Below, piece by piece: positions 27,863 to 36,856 of a stretch of 46,880 nt of DNA. Position numbers and translations under genes: made by a program. This stretch comes from Fibrobacter sp. (GTDB taxonomy: Bacteria > Fibrobacterota > Chitinivibrionia > Chitinivibrionales > Chitinispirillaceae), in NCBI GenBank assembly GCA_012523595.1, contig JAAYIG010000097.1, forward strand, positions 1 to 46,880. The letters run 5' to 3'. The notes beneath the pieces are model-generated. The model searched no databases. It worked only from the letters and a program-made list of their open reading frames with translations, and was not told where the DNA came from. The number at the start of each line of letters is the position of its first letter. The first letter of the stretch is position 1.

Positions 27863-29338
27863 CTACTTGAAATCAAAATTAATTATATCCATACCCCGCC
27901 TGCATATCTCAATCCCGTAATCTGTCCAGATACCCTGTCCCCAGTACCTGTAACAACTGGTCTGAGATGAAAGCAGATGGAAGAGTGCGTTTCTGTACCT
28001 GTGTTCTCTTGTATCAGGGTTTCTGCTCAGGACCTTCTGGTTGAAAAGAGAACTGAGCTTGAGCATCGGATCAAGCACGTTTTCATACCCATTTACCCAC
28101 GAAATATTGTTGGTCCAGCTTCCGCCATCCATGTGAAAACGATGATCTTCCTTCTTGAGAGTCTCAATAGTTTTAGCAAGTTTGTCCGGGCCGGTACCAG
28201 GAGTGAACCTATCCCAAATTGCTTTTTGGAAAATCGGCTGTACAACCGGGAAATCAGACTCTTTGATTCCAAGAGCGAAGAGATGTTCGAGGTATTCTGT
28301 GACATTCATAAGTACGGTTTCGGAGCCGTTGCATTCGTTTACAACCTCAGCATACTTCGCCGGGAACTCATTCATCATAACCCCGCCATTTTCTCCATCC
28401 GCAATCTGAGTCACCAAAGGCGGCACCTGTTTTCCCGCAAGTTCCCACCTGTTAAGCGACTTGGCCTCATAGTATGGCTGCATCTGAGCGACCAGTTTAG
28501 TATCACTTCCCTGAGTCTTTATAATCGCAATTATGGATACCTCATCACCTTCGGAATTCCTGCAGACAAGTCTGTGAGGAAGATGCTTCAACTGCGGTCC
28601 ATAGCCATCAAGCGGATTCTCAATTGTATGCTCCTGCACAAGAAGCCATTTATATCCGCACTCCCTGAGTGTCTTGACAAATTCATAGGCGACATCAGGG
28701 TGGTTTGGAAGAGCCATCTCTGAAGGAGAAAATCCTCGTACCCTCTCAAGTGCCTCAGGTCCAAACATCGCTGCAAAATGATGCTGCCATGCAAGAACGT
28801 GAAGCTTGTAATCCTGAACTGGCGTCGACGGGGCAACAGCATGCCCCCAGGGAGCACCCAGCCACTCCACATAATTGCGGTAATTGTGATCCATTGTAAT
28901 TCTCTTAAGATTATCGATCACATCACCAAGCCCCATCTGCTGAAAACCCCACAGAAGTGTCCCGGAATACTCAAGCATAACCCTGGGTTGTTTTCCCTCT
29001 CCCACATACTGGGGAATAAAATCACCCATCCGCTTATAACACCACTGGAACACTGGAGCATTATGATTGTCTCCTATCCCCTGGTTGTTCATCATGTGCT
29101 GAAGATTACTGATAATAGCAGCGGTTCTGAGATCCCCTCCCCCGGCAGGAATAAGAGGCTGGTGCATGTGAAGAGCGATGGCACAGGCACTCTTTATACG
29201 CTGAAAAGAAATTCTGCTGTCATTAAGGAACACTGGTTTATCGGCTGCTGAGTTGACCAGTTCCTTCAGATTACCCTCCAGCCCACAAATATTGGGCAAT
29301 CCATCTATCTGATCAGGAAAATTTCCTATCGGTTTCAT
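27863..29338 (-). CDS. Glycoside hydrolase family 57 protein (alpha-glucan-active)
   Basis: 491-aa ORF with the GH57 N-terminal signature (…ALHMHQPLIPAG…). Confidence 0.7.
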   Translation of the reverse strand: MKPIGNFPDQIDGLPNICGLEGNLKELVNSAADKPVFLNDSRISFQRIKSACAIALHMHQPLIPAGGGDLRTAAIISNLQHMMNNQGIGDNHNAPVFQWCYKRMGDFIPQYVGEGKQPRVMLEYSGTLLWGFQQMGLGDVIDNLKRITMDHNYRNYVEWLGAPWGHAVAPSTPVQDYKLHVLAWQHHFAAMFGPEALERVRGFSPSEMALPNHPDVAYEFVKTLRECGYKWLLVQEHTIENPLDGYGPQLKHLPHRLVCRNSEGDEVSIIAIIKTQGSDTKLVAQMQPYYEAKSLNRWELAGKQVPPLVTQIADGENGGVMMNEFPAKYAEVVNECNGSETVLMNVTEYLEHLFALGIKESDFPVVQPIFQKAIWDRFTPGTGPDKLAKTIETLKKEDHRFHMDGGSWTNNISWVNGYENVLDPMLKLSSLFNQKVLSRNPDTREHRYRNALFHLLSSQTSCYRYWGQGIWTDYGIEICRRGMDIINFDFK

Positions 29339-29498
29339 TCCATACCCCTTGAATTGTTAATAATTTTAAATTGATGGGAACAGCCTGCCGGCGTCTCAGG
29401 AAACCAGCAGGTTTTGAAGAAAAATTATAACATCATAGCAGTTGTAATTTCAGTAACAAAATAAGACTTCTGTATCTGATTACAAATGTAACTGTCTC

Positions 29499-30677
29499 TC
29501 AGGCATGACTTTCCAACGGCTGCATTTTCTCCATATCCTTCATCAAGCCCTCTGCTTCATCCAGGTCCTGATGACACTTATAGACCCATGCTTCACCCCA
29601 GAAAAAATTACAGCTTGTCTGCGCCCTCAGGATATGCCAGTAGATTTCATTTGCAGCCTCCGGAGATAAGCTTGCCTTTAAATCATGATATCGACCACTT
29701 ACCTCCGCTACTCGCTTTAGAGCATCTTTTTGCGCCTGAGAACCAGTCCACTGCACAAAATCTTTCCCATTGTGCCACCCTGTGTTCCAGGCAGCGGTCT
29801 TTACATTAACCCTCTTTGACGCTCCGAATTGGTTGAGGTAATCATTGATGAATACCGGAGAGATCGGTGAAGTGCCGTTTTTCACATTTTCCAGCAGATC
29901 CATATAGAAGTAATTCCAGAAATTACTCTGTTTATTGGTGTTTCTAAACCATCCTCCGTTGTCACCATCAGTACAGGTAGTCACCAGAGGAGGAAAATCA
30001 CACCATTTTGTCCGCTCCTTTACCTCTTTTTCAAACCAGCCCAGATCCATTCCCGAAAGCTGCGCATCAGAAAGCTCTCTATCCCTTACTATTACAATGA
30101 TTTCATCATCACCATATCTGGCAAAATGAGGACGGTAGCGGGTCTCCTGCCACGACATCTCATCAAGCGGCTCCACATTCTCACTATCTACAAAAACATA
30201 CCTGTATCCAAGTCTGCGCAGCATGGGAATCATCTCCATGCAAAATCCCATTTCAGGAGGCCAGAATCCAGGAAATTCCAGTCGCCAGAAAAGATGACGG
30301 GCGATACCCTGCCAGCGAATGCAGTGTTCCTCTCTGTCCTGTGAAGGAACAAGAGGCAAAACAGGATGATAATAACCGGTCCCCAGGATTTCGATGATTC
30401 TGGTGTTCTGATAATGCCAAAGCATCTTTCCACATTTCACCACACCATAAACCCTGCTCTGAAAACCCGGTGAGGAGAGGGTTTCCAGGAGAGTGCCGGA
30501 GAGTGAGAGATGGACTCTGGCAATCTCCTCATAGTTCCATAATGTCCTTGGAACCCTGTCCAGTGTCCACAGTATTTCCTTTGCTTCCCACTCGTTTTCT
30601 GCAAGCAATCCTTCCAGATTCTCTGATGGCTGGTGAAAATTCAATACTAAAGCGTGATGAATCTTATCAGGCATCAT
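29499..30677 (-). CDS. Glycoside hydrolase family 57 protein (paralog)
   Basis: 392-aa ORF with an N-terminal …LVLNFHQPSEN… motif. It is the tandem paralog of the downstream gene. Confidence 0.65.
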   Translation of the reverse strand: MMPDKIHHALVLNFHQPSENLEGLLAENEWEAKEILWTLDRVPRTLWNYEEIARVHLSLSGTLLETLSSPGFQSRVYGVVKCGKMLWHYQNTRIIEILGTGYYHPVLPLVPSQDREEHCIRWQGIARHLFWRLEFPGFWPPEMGFCMEMIPMLRRLGYRYVFVDSENVEPLDEMSWQETRYRPHFARYGDDEIIVIVRDRELSDAQLSGMDLGWFEKEVKERTKWCDFPPLVTTCTDGDNGGWFRNTNKQSNFWNYFYMDLLENVKNGTSPISPVFINDYLNQFGASKRVNVKTAAWNTGWHNGKDFVQWTGSQAQKDALKRVAEVSGRYHDLKASLSPEAANEIYWHILRAQTSCNFFWGEAWVYKCHQDLDEAEGLMKDMEKMQPLESHA

Positions 30678-30827
30678 GCCCCCCTATAATCATGAATGCA
30701 AAACTTTTTACCAGTCTGTAAGAATCGAAATGTGAGAAAAATGAGAAGAAGAAGCTCCGGATTGTCATCCTGTATTTAAATACAATATACCTCTCTGAAA
30801 ATCAAGCACTCTGTACATTATTTAGGG

Positions 30828-30900
30828 TTAAATTCTGATTCACCTCACAGGTGAATCGGTGACTTAAAGGCTTAAGTCAATGTTTCATCTCAGAGGTAAT
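30828..30900. repeat. Structured palindromic mini-element (GATTCACCT-CAC-AGGTGAATC plus TGACTTAA-AGGC-TTAAGTCA), copy B
   Basis: Its reverse complement matches 121-180 at about 36 of 40 positions in the core. Confidence 0.6.
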
Positions 30901-31247
30901 TTGATGAAAACCGATCCCAGCCCCAGACAACCTGAATACTGGAACGAAGAATGCTTGTAAATATTCCAGCCTTAATTATCCCGGATTGTGAAAATTCCTT
31001 GATTTCATACAAAAAAAGATATTAATTATTCTTATTTGTATCTGAATTGTCTGCACTTAAACCATAGAGAAAAAGACACAGAGTCTGATATGTTCCATAC
31101 CTGTATTGTCCTGTTTAAAAGCAGTTATCATTGACAGTAATCAATTCATTACCCTTTCAGATCTTCTGAAAACAGGAATAAATAACTTGCAAACAAAAAA
31201 CATAAATGATAGAATGATAATTTATAAAAATCTTTAAGAAGGGCTTA

Positions 31248-31616
31248 ATGGGAAAGAGATTGGAAATAGTTATTGTTGATGATGAAGTTCAGATCACTGA
31301 GCTGTTGAAGACTTTTGTGCAGTGTGCGACTACAAACAGCAATATCCATACTTTTAACGATTCCATGGAAGCCAAGTATTTTCTTTCAAAAAACAAGATA
31401 GATGTCCTGATTACCGACTACAAAATGCCCAAATGCAATGGAATCCAGTTAATGGAGGGATTGGGACCAGATGTTAAGAAAATCCTGATTTCAGGTTATG
31501 TGACTGAAATTGCAGAAGAAAAACTTCAGGCAATGGATGCTGTTTTTTTCGAAAAACCTGTTCCAATGAAAGCACTGGGCCAAATCGTACACGAACAGGA
31601 ACAAAGAATTTCCTGA
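31248..31616 (+). CDS. Stand-alone response-regulator receiver (CheY-like REC) domain protein
   Basis: 122-aa ORF with acidic-pocket and phospho-acceptor residues (…IVIVDDE…, …VLITDYKMP…, …ILISGY…). Confidence 0.8.
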   Translation: MGKRLEIVIVDDEVQITELLKTFVQCATTNSNIHTFNDSMEAKYFLSKNKIDVLITDYKMPKCNGIQLMEGLGPDVKKILISGYVTEIAEEKLQAMDAVFFEKPVPMKALGQIVHEQEQRIS

Positions 31617-31753
31617 CAATCTCCGCTCAAACTCTGTTCTGCAATCCACGGATTCTGTCAAATGTAACAGATTCTCTGGAGGAATGTAAATTTTAAGAGC
31701 TGAATCAATAATTTACATCTCAGTATTTTCCCCTGATATGAGGAGGTATTCAC

Positions 31754-32068
31754 TTGGAGGCAATCCTGACCTATATCACTACCAAAGACAAACAACAGGC
31801 CCGTCTCATAGGCAAAACTCTTGTAGAGGAGCGGCTCGCTGCTTGTGTCAATATTATCGACGGGATGCAATCAATTTATTGGTGGGAAGGTGCCATAAGC
31901 GAGGACAATGAGGCAATCCTTATCGCCAAAACAAGAAACAGTCTTCTTGAGAAACTGACCAACAGAGTAAAATCACTCCATACTTACACCTGCCCCTGTA
32001 TAATTGCCATTCCAATCTCCGGAGGAAACAGGGATTACCTAGGGTGGATAAAAGAGACCACTGATTAA
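31754..32068 (+). CDS. cutA: Divalent-cation tolerance protein CutA
   Basis: 104-aa ORF with a TTG start and AGGAGG at 31741-31746. CutA1 signatures are present (…RLAACVNII…YWWEG…EAILIAKT…). Its stop codon lies inside an ACCACTGATTAA repeat. Confidence 0.85.
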   Translation: MEAILTYITTKDKQQARLIGKTLVEERLAACVNIIDGMQSIYWWEGAISEDNEAILIAKTRNSLLEKLTNRVKSLHTYTCPCIIAIPISGGNRDYLGWIKETTD

Positions 32069-32090
32069 CCTGATCAATCTGAAATAGTCT
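32057..32090 (+). repeat. 9-bp-phased TGATT array starting ACCACTGATTAA (TGATT 32062, TGATC 32071, TGAAA 32080)
   Basis: Its first unit encodes the CutA C-terminal …TTD plus the TAA stop. Confidence 0.7.
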
Positions 32091-32241
32091 TGAACTGTGG
32101 TTCCTGTGATTAAGATGATTGGGATGATTTCTGGATGGATTCCTGCTTGCGCCAGGAAGGACGTGAGGGAAAATGTTCTGTTGTAAATAGTGCCTGTCAC
32201 CTCCAGGTGTCATGTCTGTGAAAACAGGCATCCAGGCCAAG

Positions 32242-32284
32242 ACCACTGATTAACCTGATTGTCCTGATCAATCTGAAACAGTCT
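32242..32284 (+). repeat. 9-bp-phased TGATT array starting ACCACTGATTAA (four units: 32247, 32256, 32265, 32274)
   Basis: It starts 185 bp after the 32057 copy. It shares about 55 bp of downstream sequence (…CAATCTGAAAYAGTCTTGAACTGT…) and has one extra 9-bp unit. Confidence 0.7.
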
Positions 32285-32483
32285 TGAACTGTTATTCCTA
32301 CTCATTTGTCCTTCTCTCCTCTCCGCACCTCTGCGTGAAAATCAATAAGACAATCAGAGAAAAGATTTGTTTTCCATAATCGTATTCACCATTCGATTCC
32401 GACCAAACCCGATCCAGACGACATACAATGGTCATTTAGAATACAATTTACCCTTTAGTCAACTGAAATAAATACTGCTGAAT

Positions 32484-33356
32484 ATGAAACAAATAAATAT
32501 GAAGAAATTGATTCCTGCTTTTATTATCATAGCCATTATCTTTATCTCCAGCCCTGTTTCACTTCAAGCCGGAGAAACAATCCCTGAGAAATATATCTCG
32601 CTTATCGATTCAATTCCTGATTATTACCAGCGTGACAACACTTTCGGTGGCTTCCCTGGTAAAGGTGCCCTTTATTGCGGTCCCGTCTCTATCTCCAATT
32701 TTCTTTTCTGGTACGGACTAAATGGCTACCCCAGACTTCTGGATAATTCAGGTGACCACAAAAAGGACCAGTACAATCTGATCAGGAAAATCGGTTCATC
32801 ACGATACATCAATACAGGCTCTCATGGCTCCAGTCCAGCAGACATTTCATCCGGATTGAAGAGATTTCTTGCCGACCACGGCTACGATTCTGTAAAGATA
32901 AAGTTTTATGGATTCAGAGATGTTCCCAATGAGTTCAAGACCGGTATAGCAATTCCTGATATGAAAACCGCCCGTGAAGCATTGTACCAAAACAAAGCTG
33001 TGCTCTTCAATATCGGCTGGTACCGCTACGACAAGAACAAAGATGAGTACCGTAGAAATGGTGGGCACTGGGTAGCGCTTGCAGGTTACGGCCATGATGG
33101 AAAAAAAGATGACCCGAACAGCATGATCATTCACGATCCTGACACCAGGCTACGGAAAAACGATTATCTGAAAACAGAAGAGATAAAAAGCGGAAAACTA
33201 ACGGGGCGCCTCAAGGGACTTCCCAGAGATGCAGCAGGATACAGGCGATATAGAATCAGCAACAACAAGTTCGGGGTAATCGGAGGGATGCTGATTCTTG
33301 AGATGGACAAATCCGGCTCTCCCATCCTGCCGGTTGCAGAATCGGTATCTAAATGA
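32484..33356 (+). CDS. Secreted papain-fold cysteine peptidase, C39-like domain protein
   Basis: 290-aa ORF with a signal peptide (…LIPAFIIIAIIFISSPVSLQA). Candidate catalytic residues are Cys in …YCGPVSISNF… and His/Asp in …NGGHWVALAGYG… and …MIIHDPD…. Confidence 0.5.
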   Translation: MKQINMKKLIPAFIIIAIIFISSPVSLQAGETIPEKYISLIDSIPDYYQRDNTFGGFPGKGALYCGPVSISNFLFWYGLNGYPRLLDNSGDHKKDQYNLIRKIGSSRYINTGSHGSSPADISSGLKRFLADHGYDSVKIKFYGFRDVPNEFKTGIAIPDMKTAREALYQNKAVLFNIGWYRYDKNKDEYRRNGGHWVALAGYGHDGKKDDPNSMIIHDPDTRLRKNDYLKTEEIKSGKLTGRLKGLPRDAAGYRRYRISNNKFGVIGGMLILEMDKSGSPILPVAESVSK

Positions 33357-33377
33357 TACACCAACCCGGATTCAACA

Positions 33378-34253
33378 TTACTTATCTGTATTCAGAATCA
33401 ACGGCAGCCCATCCTTGCCGCCTACAATCACAACCTTGGCATTTGAAGAGTTGGCAAGCTTCTCTGTGGCCTCGATACCCTTCCACTGGAGCAGCTCCCT
33501 GTTTATTCCCTCAGAAACTATCTTCTGGAAATCAGCTATACCCTGTGCTTCGATTCTCTTACGTTCAGCTTCCAGCTTCTCTTTTTCGAGCACAAACTGC
33601 ATACGCTGGCTTTCCTGCTCTGCACGGAGTTTCTCCTCGATGGCATCAGCGACTTTAGGAGGAAGTTGTATGTTCCGTAAAGGTGTACTTTCTACAACTA
33701 TTCCACGGGATTCAACGATTTTTTTCAGTTCCTCCGCTATTCCGGTGGCAAGTATCTCTCTTACAGACGTGTAAAGAGCCTTGGCTTCATAGTTTGAGGT
33801 GACAGTCCGGATAGCCGAACGAAACTGCGGAACAAGGATTATCTCTTCGTAAATCGCACCGACTGTTTTGTAAACCTCCGGAGCCGCCTCAGGATCAAGA
33901 TGATAGAGCAGACTGACTTCAAGATTAAGCGAGAGACCTTCCTGAGTCGGAACACTGGTCTCCTCCTTTATCTCCCTGGTTTTTATGCTCATTTTAATAA
34001 CTTTCGCAAAGGGATTGACCAGATTGATACCAGGCTTCAGAACATTTTTTGAAACATTACCGAAAAAATCCACGACTCCCACGTTGCCCGCGGGGATAAC
34101 AACGATCGCTTTATAGATAAGAAGAGCAGATCCGGAAAGAACCGCCACAATTCCGGTCAGCTTTGGATTGGGAACACTTCTGTTTGGGGGATAGGAAAAA
34201 AGAACGATTCCAAGAATAACGAGCAATACTGCAATAATAAAAGCCATAAACAA
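33378..34253 (-). CDS. SPFH/Band-7 (prohibitin/HflK-C-like) domain membrane protein
   Basis: 291-aa ORF with an N-terminal transmembrane helix, an SPFH core (…VVIPAGNVGVVDFFG…) and a C-terminal coiled-coil rich in E/K/R/Q. Confidence 0.85.
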   Translation of the reverse strand: MFMAFIIAVLLVILGIVLFSYPPNRSVPNPKLTGIVAVLSGSALLIYKAIVVIPAGNVGVVDFFGNVSKNVLKPGINLVNPFAKVIKMSIKTREIKEETSVPTQEGLSLNLEVSLLYHLDPEAAPEVYKTVGAIYEEIILVPQFRSAIRTVTSNYEAKALYTSVREILATGIAEELKKIVESRGIVVESTPLRNIQLPPKVADAIEEKLRAEQESQRMQFVLEKEKLEAERKRIEAQGIADFQKIVSEGINRELLQWKGIEATEKLANSSNAKVVIVGGKDGLPLILNTDK

Positions 34254-34266
34254 AAACCTCCGAAAA

Positions 34267-34962
34267 CTAAAACAACTGACGCATCATGTCCCACATCCGC
34301 TGCATTGACATGAAATTGTTGTTTGGCCCAAACGCCGCTTCTGAATGAATATCTTTTCCATTTCCAGTGATAAGGTTTTTACCCGCAAGCACACTGGAAC
34401 TTAACTGAAGATGAAGGCCGACATTGTTTTCAGTAATTATGTTTCCGGAAAGAAGCGGAGAGGCGAAATCCACCGCAATACCATAGGTATTCCGATTGAA
34501 CTTGCAGTTCTGCACAGGAGGAGCCGCTTTCTTTGTGCAGTAAATGGCATAATGATTTCCGGTGAATTGACAGGAATCAAAAGAGGGACTGGATTCCCAG
34601 ATCAGGTTTCTGTAAGCTCCTTCGAAACGGCAGTTTCTGAAATGCCCGTGCGCATTCTTCCCCACAATCTCGATTCCCTTCCAGGCGGGTTTTTCACGCG
34701 ATGAGGTTTCGCGATCCAGACCCGAAAAAAGCACAGGCTCTGACAAAGTCCCTTCTGCAATGATCAATCCGTTGACACGCAGAACATGATACCCCTCGAA
34801 CAGTACTTTTACTCCCGGTGCAACAACTAATGTAGTCCCGAATGGAATCTCGATACTCTGCTGGAAAACTGTATCACGTGTAATCTCTATCTTTACTGCA
34901 TCACCTGCAAATATTGGAAGGGCGGTGAGAAAAAAACAAACCATCAAGAGGAAATTTTTCAT
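34267..34962 (-). CDS. Secreted right-handed parallel beta-helix repeat protein
   Basis: 231-aa ORF with a signal peptide (MKNFLLMVCFFLTALPIFAG) and repetitive beta-helix rungs with N/G/C-rich turns. It is a paralog of 21514-22440 and 36853-37902. Confidence 0.5.
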   Translation of the reverse strand: MKNFLLMVCFFLTALPIFAGDAVKIEITRDTVFQQSIEIPFGTTLVVAPGVKVLFEGYHVLRVNGLIIAEGTLSEPVLFSGLDRETSSREKPAWKGIEIVGKNAHGHFRNCRFEGAYRNLIWESSPSFDSCQFTGNHYAIYCTKKAAPPVQNCKFNRNTYGIAVDFASPLLSGNIITENNVGLHLQLSSSVLAGKNLITGNGKDIHSEAAFGPNNNFMSMQRMWDMMRQLF

Positions 34963-34974
34963 AAATGAATCCGT

Positions 34975-35796
34975 TTACTCGATGTACTCCATATGAACTA
35001 TCTCACTCCAGCTCATACCCGGAAACTCATCTGCCAGAGGGGCCTTAAACTCTGCATGAGCAGTGGTAATACGTCTGGCATCGAGATCAAGCAAAACTCT
35101 CCCCCGGCCTTTACCTGCAAGCGGAAATTTGTCAAGCATACCTGCTGTATCAGGATCGATCAGTTCTATTCTGTAAGAAAAGATCCAGCTTACAGCGGCA
35201 AATCTGGATTGCGAGGTATATATGCTGTCGAAAACAAAAGACTGGTAAAGATGTCCCACTGCGTCCCCATGGCTTGTTTCAATTGGGAACTGACGATCAC
35301 GGTCCCATTTGTCGCCAGGTGCCACAGGACTCTCCGGAAATACTGGAAGAACTTTCGCAAAACTCCTGAATAGATCCCACCCCCCGATATTAATAACCGG
35401 AACATCCGTAGTATCAGTCAGATCAAGCGATCCATCTCTGGGTGAAAAAAGAAGAGAGACATTATCAAACTGCTGCTCAAGGTTCCGAATCTCCTGTTCA
35501 ACCAGAAAATCGGAATTTATTCGGGTCTGCTCAGCTTTAAAAGTGATAACTTTTCTGTTTTCAGGAGAGAGCCCGCCCTGAAGGAAAGTTCTCAGACTAC
35601 TATTAAAAATCTGAGGCACACCCTCCGATACAATTTTTCCCTTTATGTCTACTCCGAGTAGATACCGCCAGGTCTTTGCACTGTCAAAGTCGACTTCAAG
35701 AAAGATTCTTCCGCTCTTCTGGCAGGAAACAGTAAACAGGAAAGCAATCGATAACAGAGCCGGCTTAAGCATCGAGATAAGGTGTTTTTCTTGCAT
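34975..35796 (-). CDS. Hypothetical lipoprotein
   Basis: 273-aa ORF with a signal peptide and lipobox-like …FTVSC. It heads the operon with the beta-helix and SPFH genes. Confidence 0.45.
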   Translation of the reverse strand: MQEKHLISMLKPALLSIAFLFTVSCQKSGRIFLEVDFDSAKTWRYLLGVDIKGKIVSEGVPQIFNSSLRTFLQGGLSPENRKVITFKAEQTRINSDFLVEQEIRNLEQQFDNVSLLFSPRDGSLDLTDTTDVPVINIGGWDLFRSFAKVLPVFPESPVAPGDKWDRDRQFPIETSHGDAVGHLYQSFVFDSIYTSQSRFAAVSWIFSYRIELIDPDTAGMLDKFPLAGKGRGRVLLDLDARRITTAHAEFKAPLADEFPGMSWSEIVHMEYIE

Positions 35797-35914
35797 TCAG
35801 TACTTCAGATAGATACAATTATGTTGAAAATAAGCGGATCCGCTGATTGTCCTGTAATAACGCCGGATCATCTGTTTAAACAGAACTATAATTATAAATA
35901 ATGCTCCGCCGAAC

Positions 35915-36856
35915 ATGAAACCTCTGCTGAAAAAATACAAAGCCGGAACAATTCTTTTCCATGAGAATGACCACTCACGTGAACTGTATATAATTCAAAC
36001 CGGGAAGGTCAAAATCTACAGGATGATCGGCAAGCATGAAATGCAACTGACTGTACTTGGCGAGGGGTCTGTGCTTGGAGAAATGGCACTGATCGATGGA
36101 GAACCAAGAAGCGCCTCTGCCAAAGTGATCGAAGACAGCGATCTGATACAACTCGATTCGGAAACTTTTAATGAAGAGATAGAAGGAGTTCCTCCATGGT
36201 TCATGACTATCATCAAGATGACAAGCCAGAAGATATACCAGGCAAAACGCCGCCTTCAGAACAAAAGCAGTGAGCATCAGGGCGCCAACATCATAATAAC
36301 AATCCTTTATTTCTTCAATTTTTACGACAAACAGAGCAACGGCCTGGATATCAGTCAAACCCGGCTGAAACTTGTACAACTGCTTGGAGTCACTTTGCAA
36401 AAAGCAACCCATATTATCTCATTTCTGCACGGAAAAGGATTTCTTGAGATTAAAGATGAAAAGATGTTTCTTTGCTGCCGCAAAGAAATGGAGGATTACT
36501 GCAGTTTTCTGAGATTACTTATCCGTAAACAGTTTGAGGTACTCCAGCCACTGGATAATGAGGCTTTCGGGATAGTCGAGAAGATCTGGAATACCAAGGG
36601 AGGAATCAGAAAATTCGAAGAAGGATTAACAGAGATAAGCGGAGATGTTTTCTTAAGCTTTGTCGAAAACACCTCTTATTCATCAAACCCAGATGAGTTT
36701 CTGGAAATGCTCAGGAGCCAATCCCTGCTGACCTATACCAAACCCTGTAAAAATTCCGACAATTCAATTTCAAATTGTGTTCTTAAAATCGACAATATGA
36801 AGTGGAAACGTATTTACCTTTACAGCAAATTCAACCAACTCATACCGGCCGCATGA
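35915..36856 (+). CDS. Crp/Fnr-family regulator (cNMP-binding domain plus HTH) with an extended C-terminal tail
   Basis: 313-aa ORF with a cNMP-binding beta-roll (…GEGSVLGEMALIDGEPRSASAKV…) and a Crp-type HTH (…ISQTRLKLVQLLGVTLQKATHIISFL…). A tail of about 110 aa has no recognisable domain. Confidence 0.65.
   Translation: MKPLLKKYKAGTILFHENDHSRELYIIQTGKVKIYRMIGKHEMQLTVLGEGSVLGEMALIDGEPRSASAKVIEDSDLIQLDSETFNEEIEGVPPWFMTIIKMTSQKIYQAKRRLQNKSSEHQGANIIITILYFFNFYDKQSNGLDISQTRLKLVQLLGVTLQKATHIISFLHGKGFLEIKDEKMFLCCRKEMEDYCSFLRLLIRKQFEVLQPLDNEAFGIVEKIWNTKGGIRKFEEGLTEISGDVFLSFVENTSYSSNPDEFLEMLRSQSLLTYTKPCKNSDNSISNCVLKIDNMKWKRIYLYSKFNQLIPAA

Noticed and set aside
27977-28723. 248-aa plus-strand ORF inside the GH57 gene
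   Set aside because: It is antisense to a conserved GH57 coding region and has no motifs. It is a shadow ORF. The same reasoning applies to 3402-3833, 13308-13799, 35975-36412, 36840-37325, 11831-12253 and 45849-46373.
1601-30677. Selenoprotein gene with an in-frame TGA inside the window
   Set aside because: No pair of same-frame adjacent ORF fragments separated by a single TGA with homology continuity was apparent in the six-frame track. It cannot be excluded without a SECIS or homology search.
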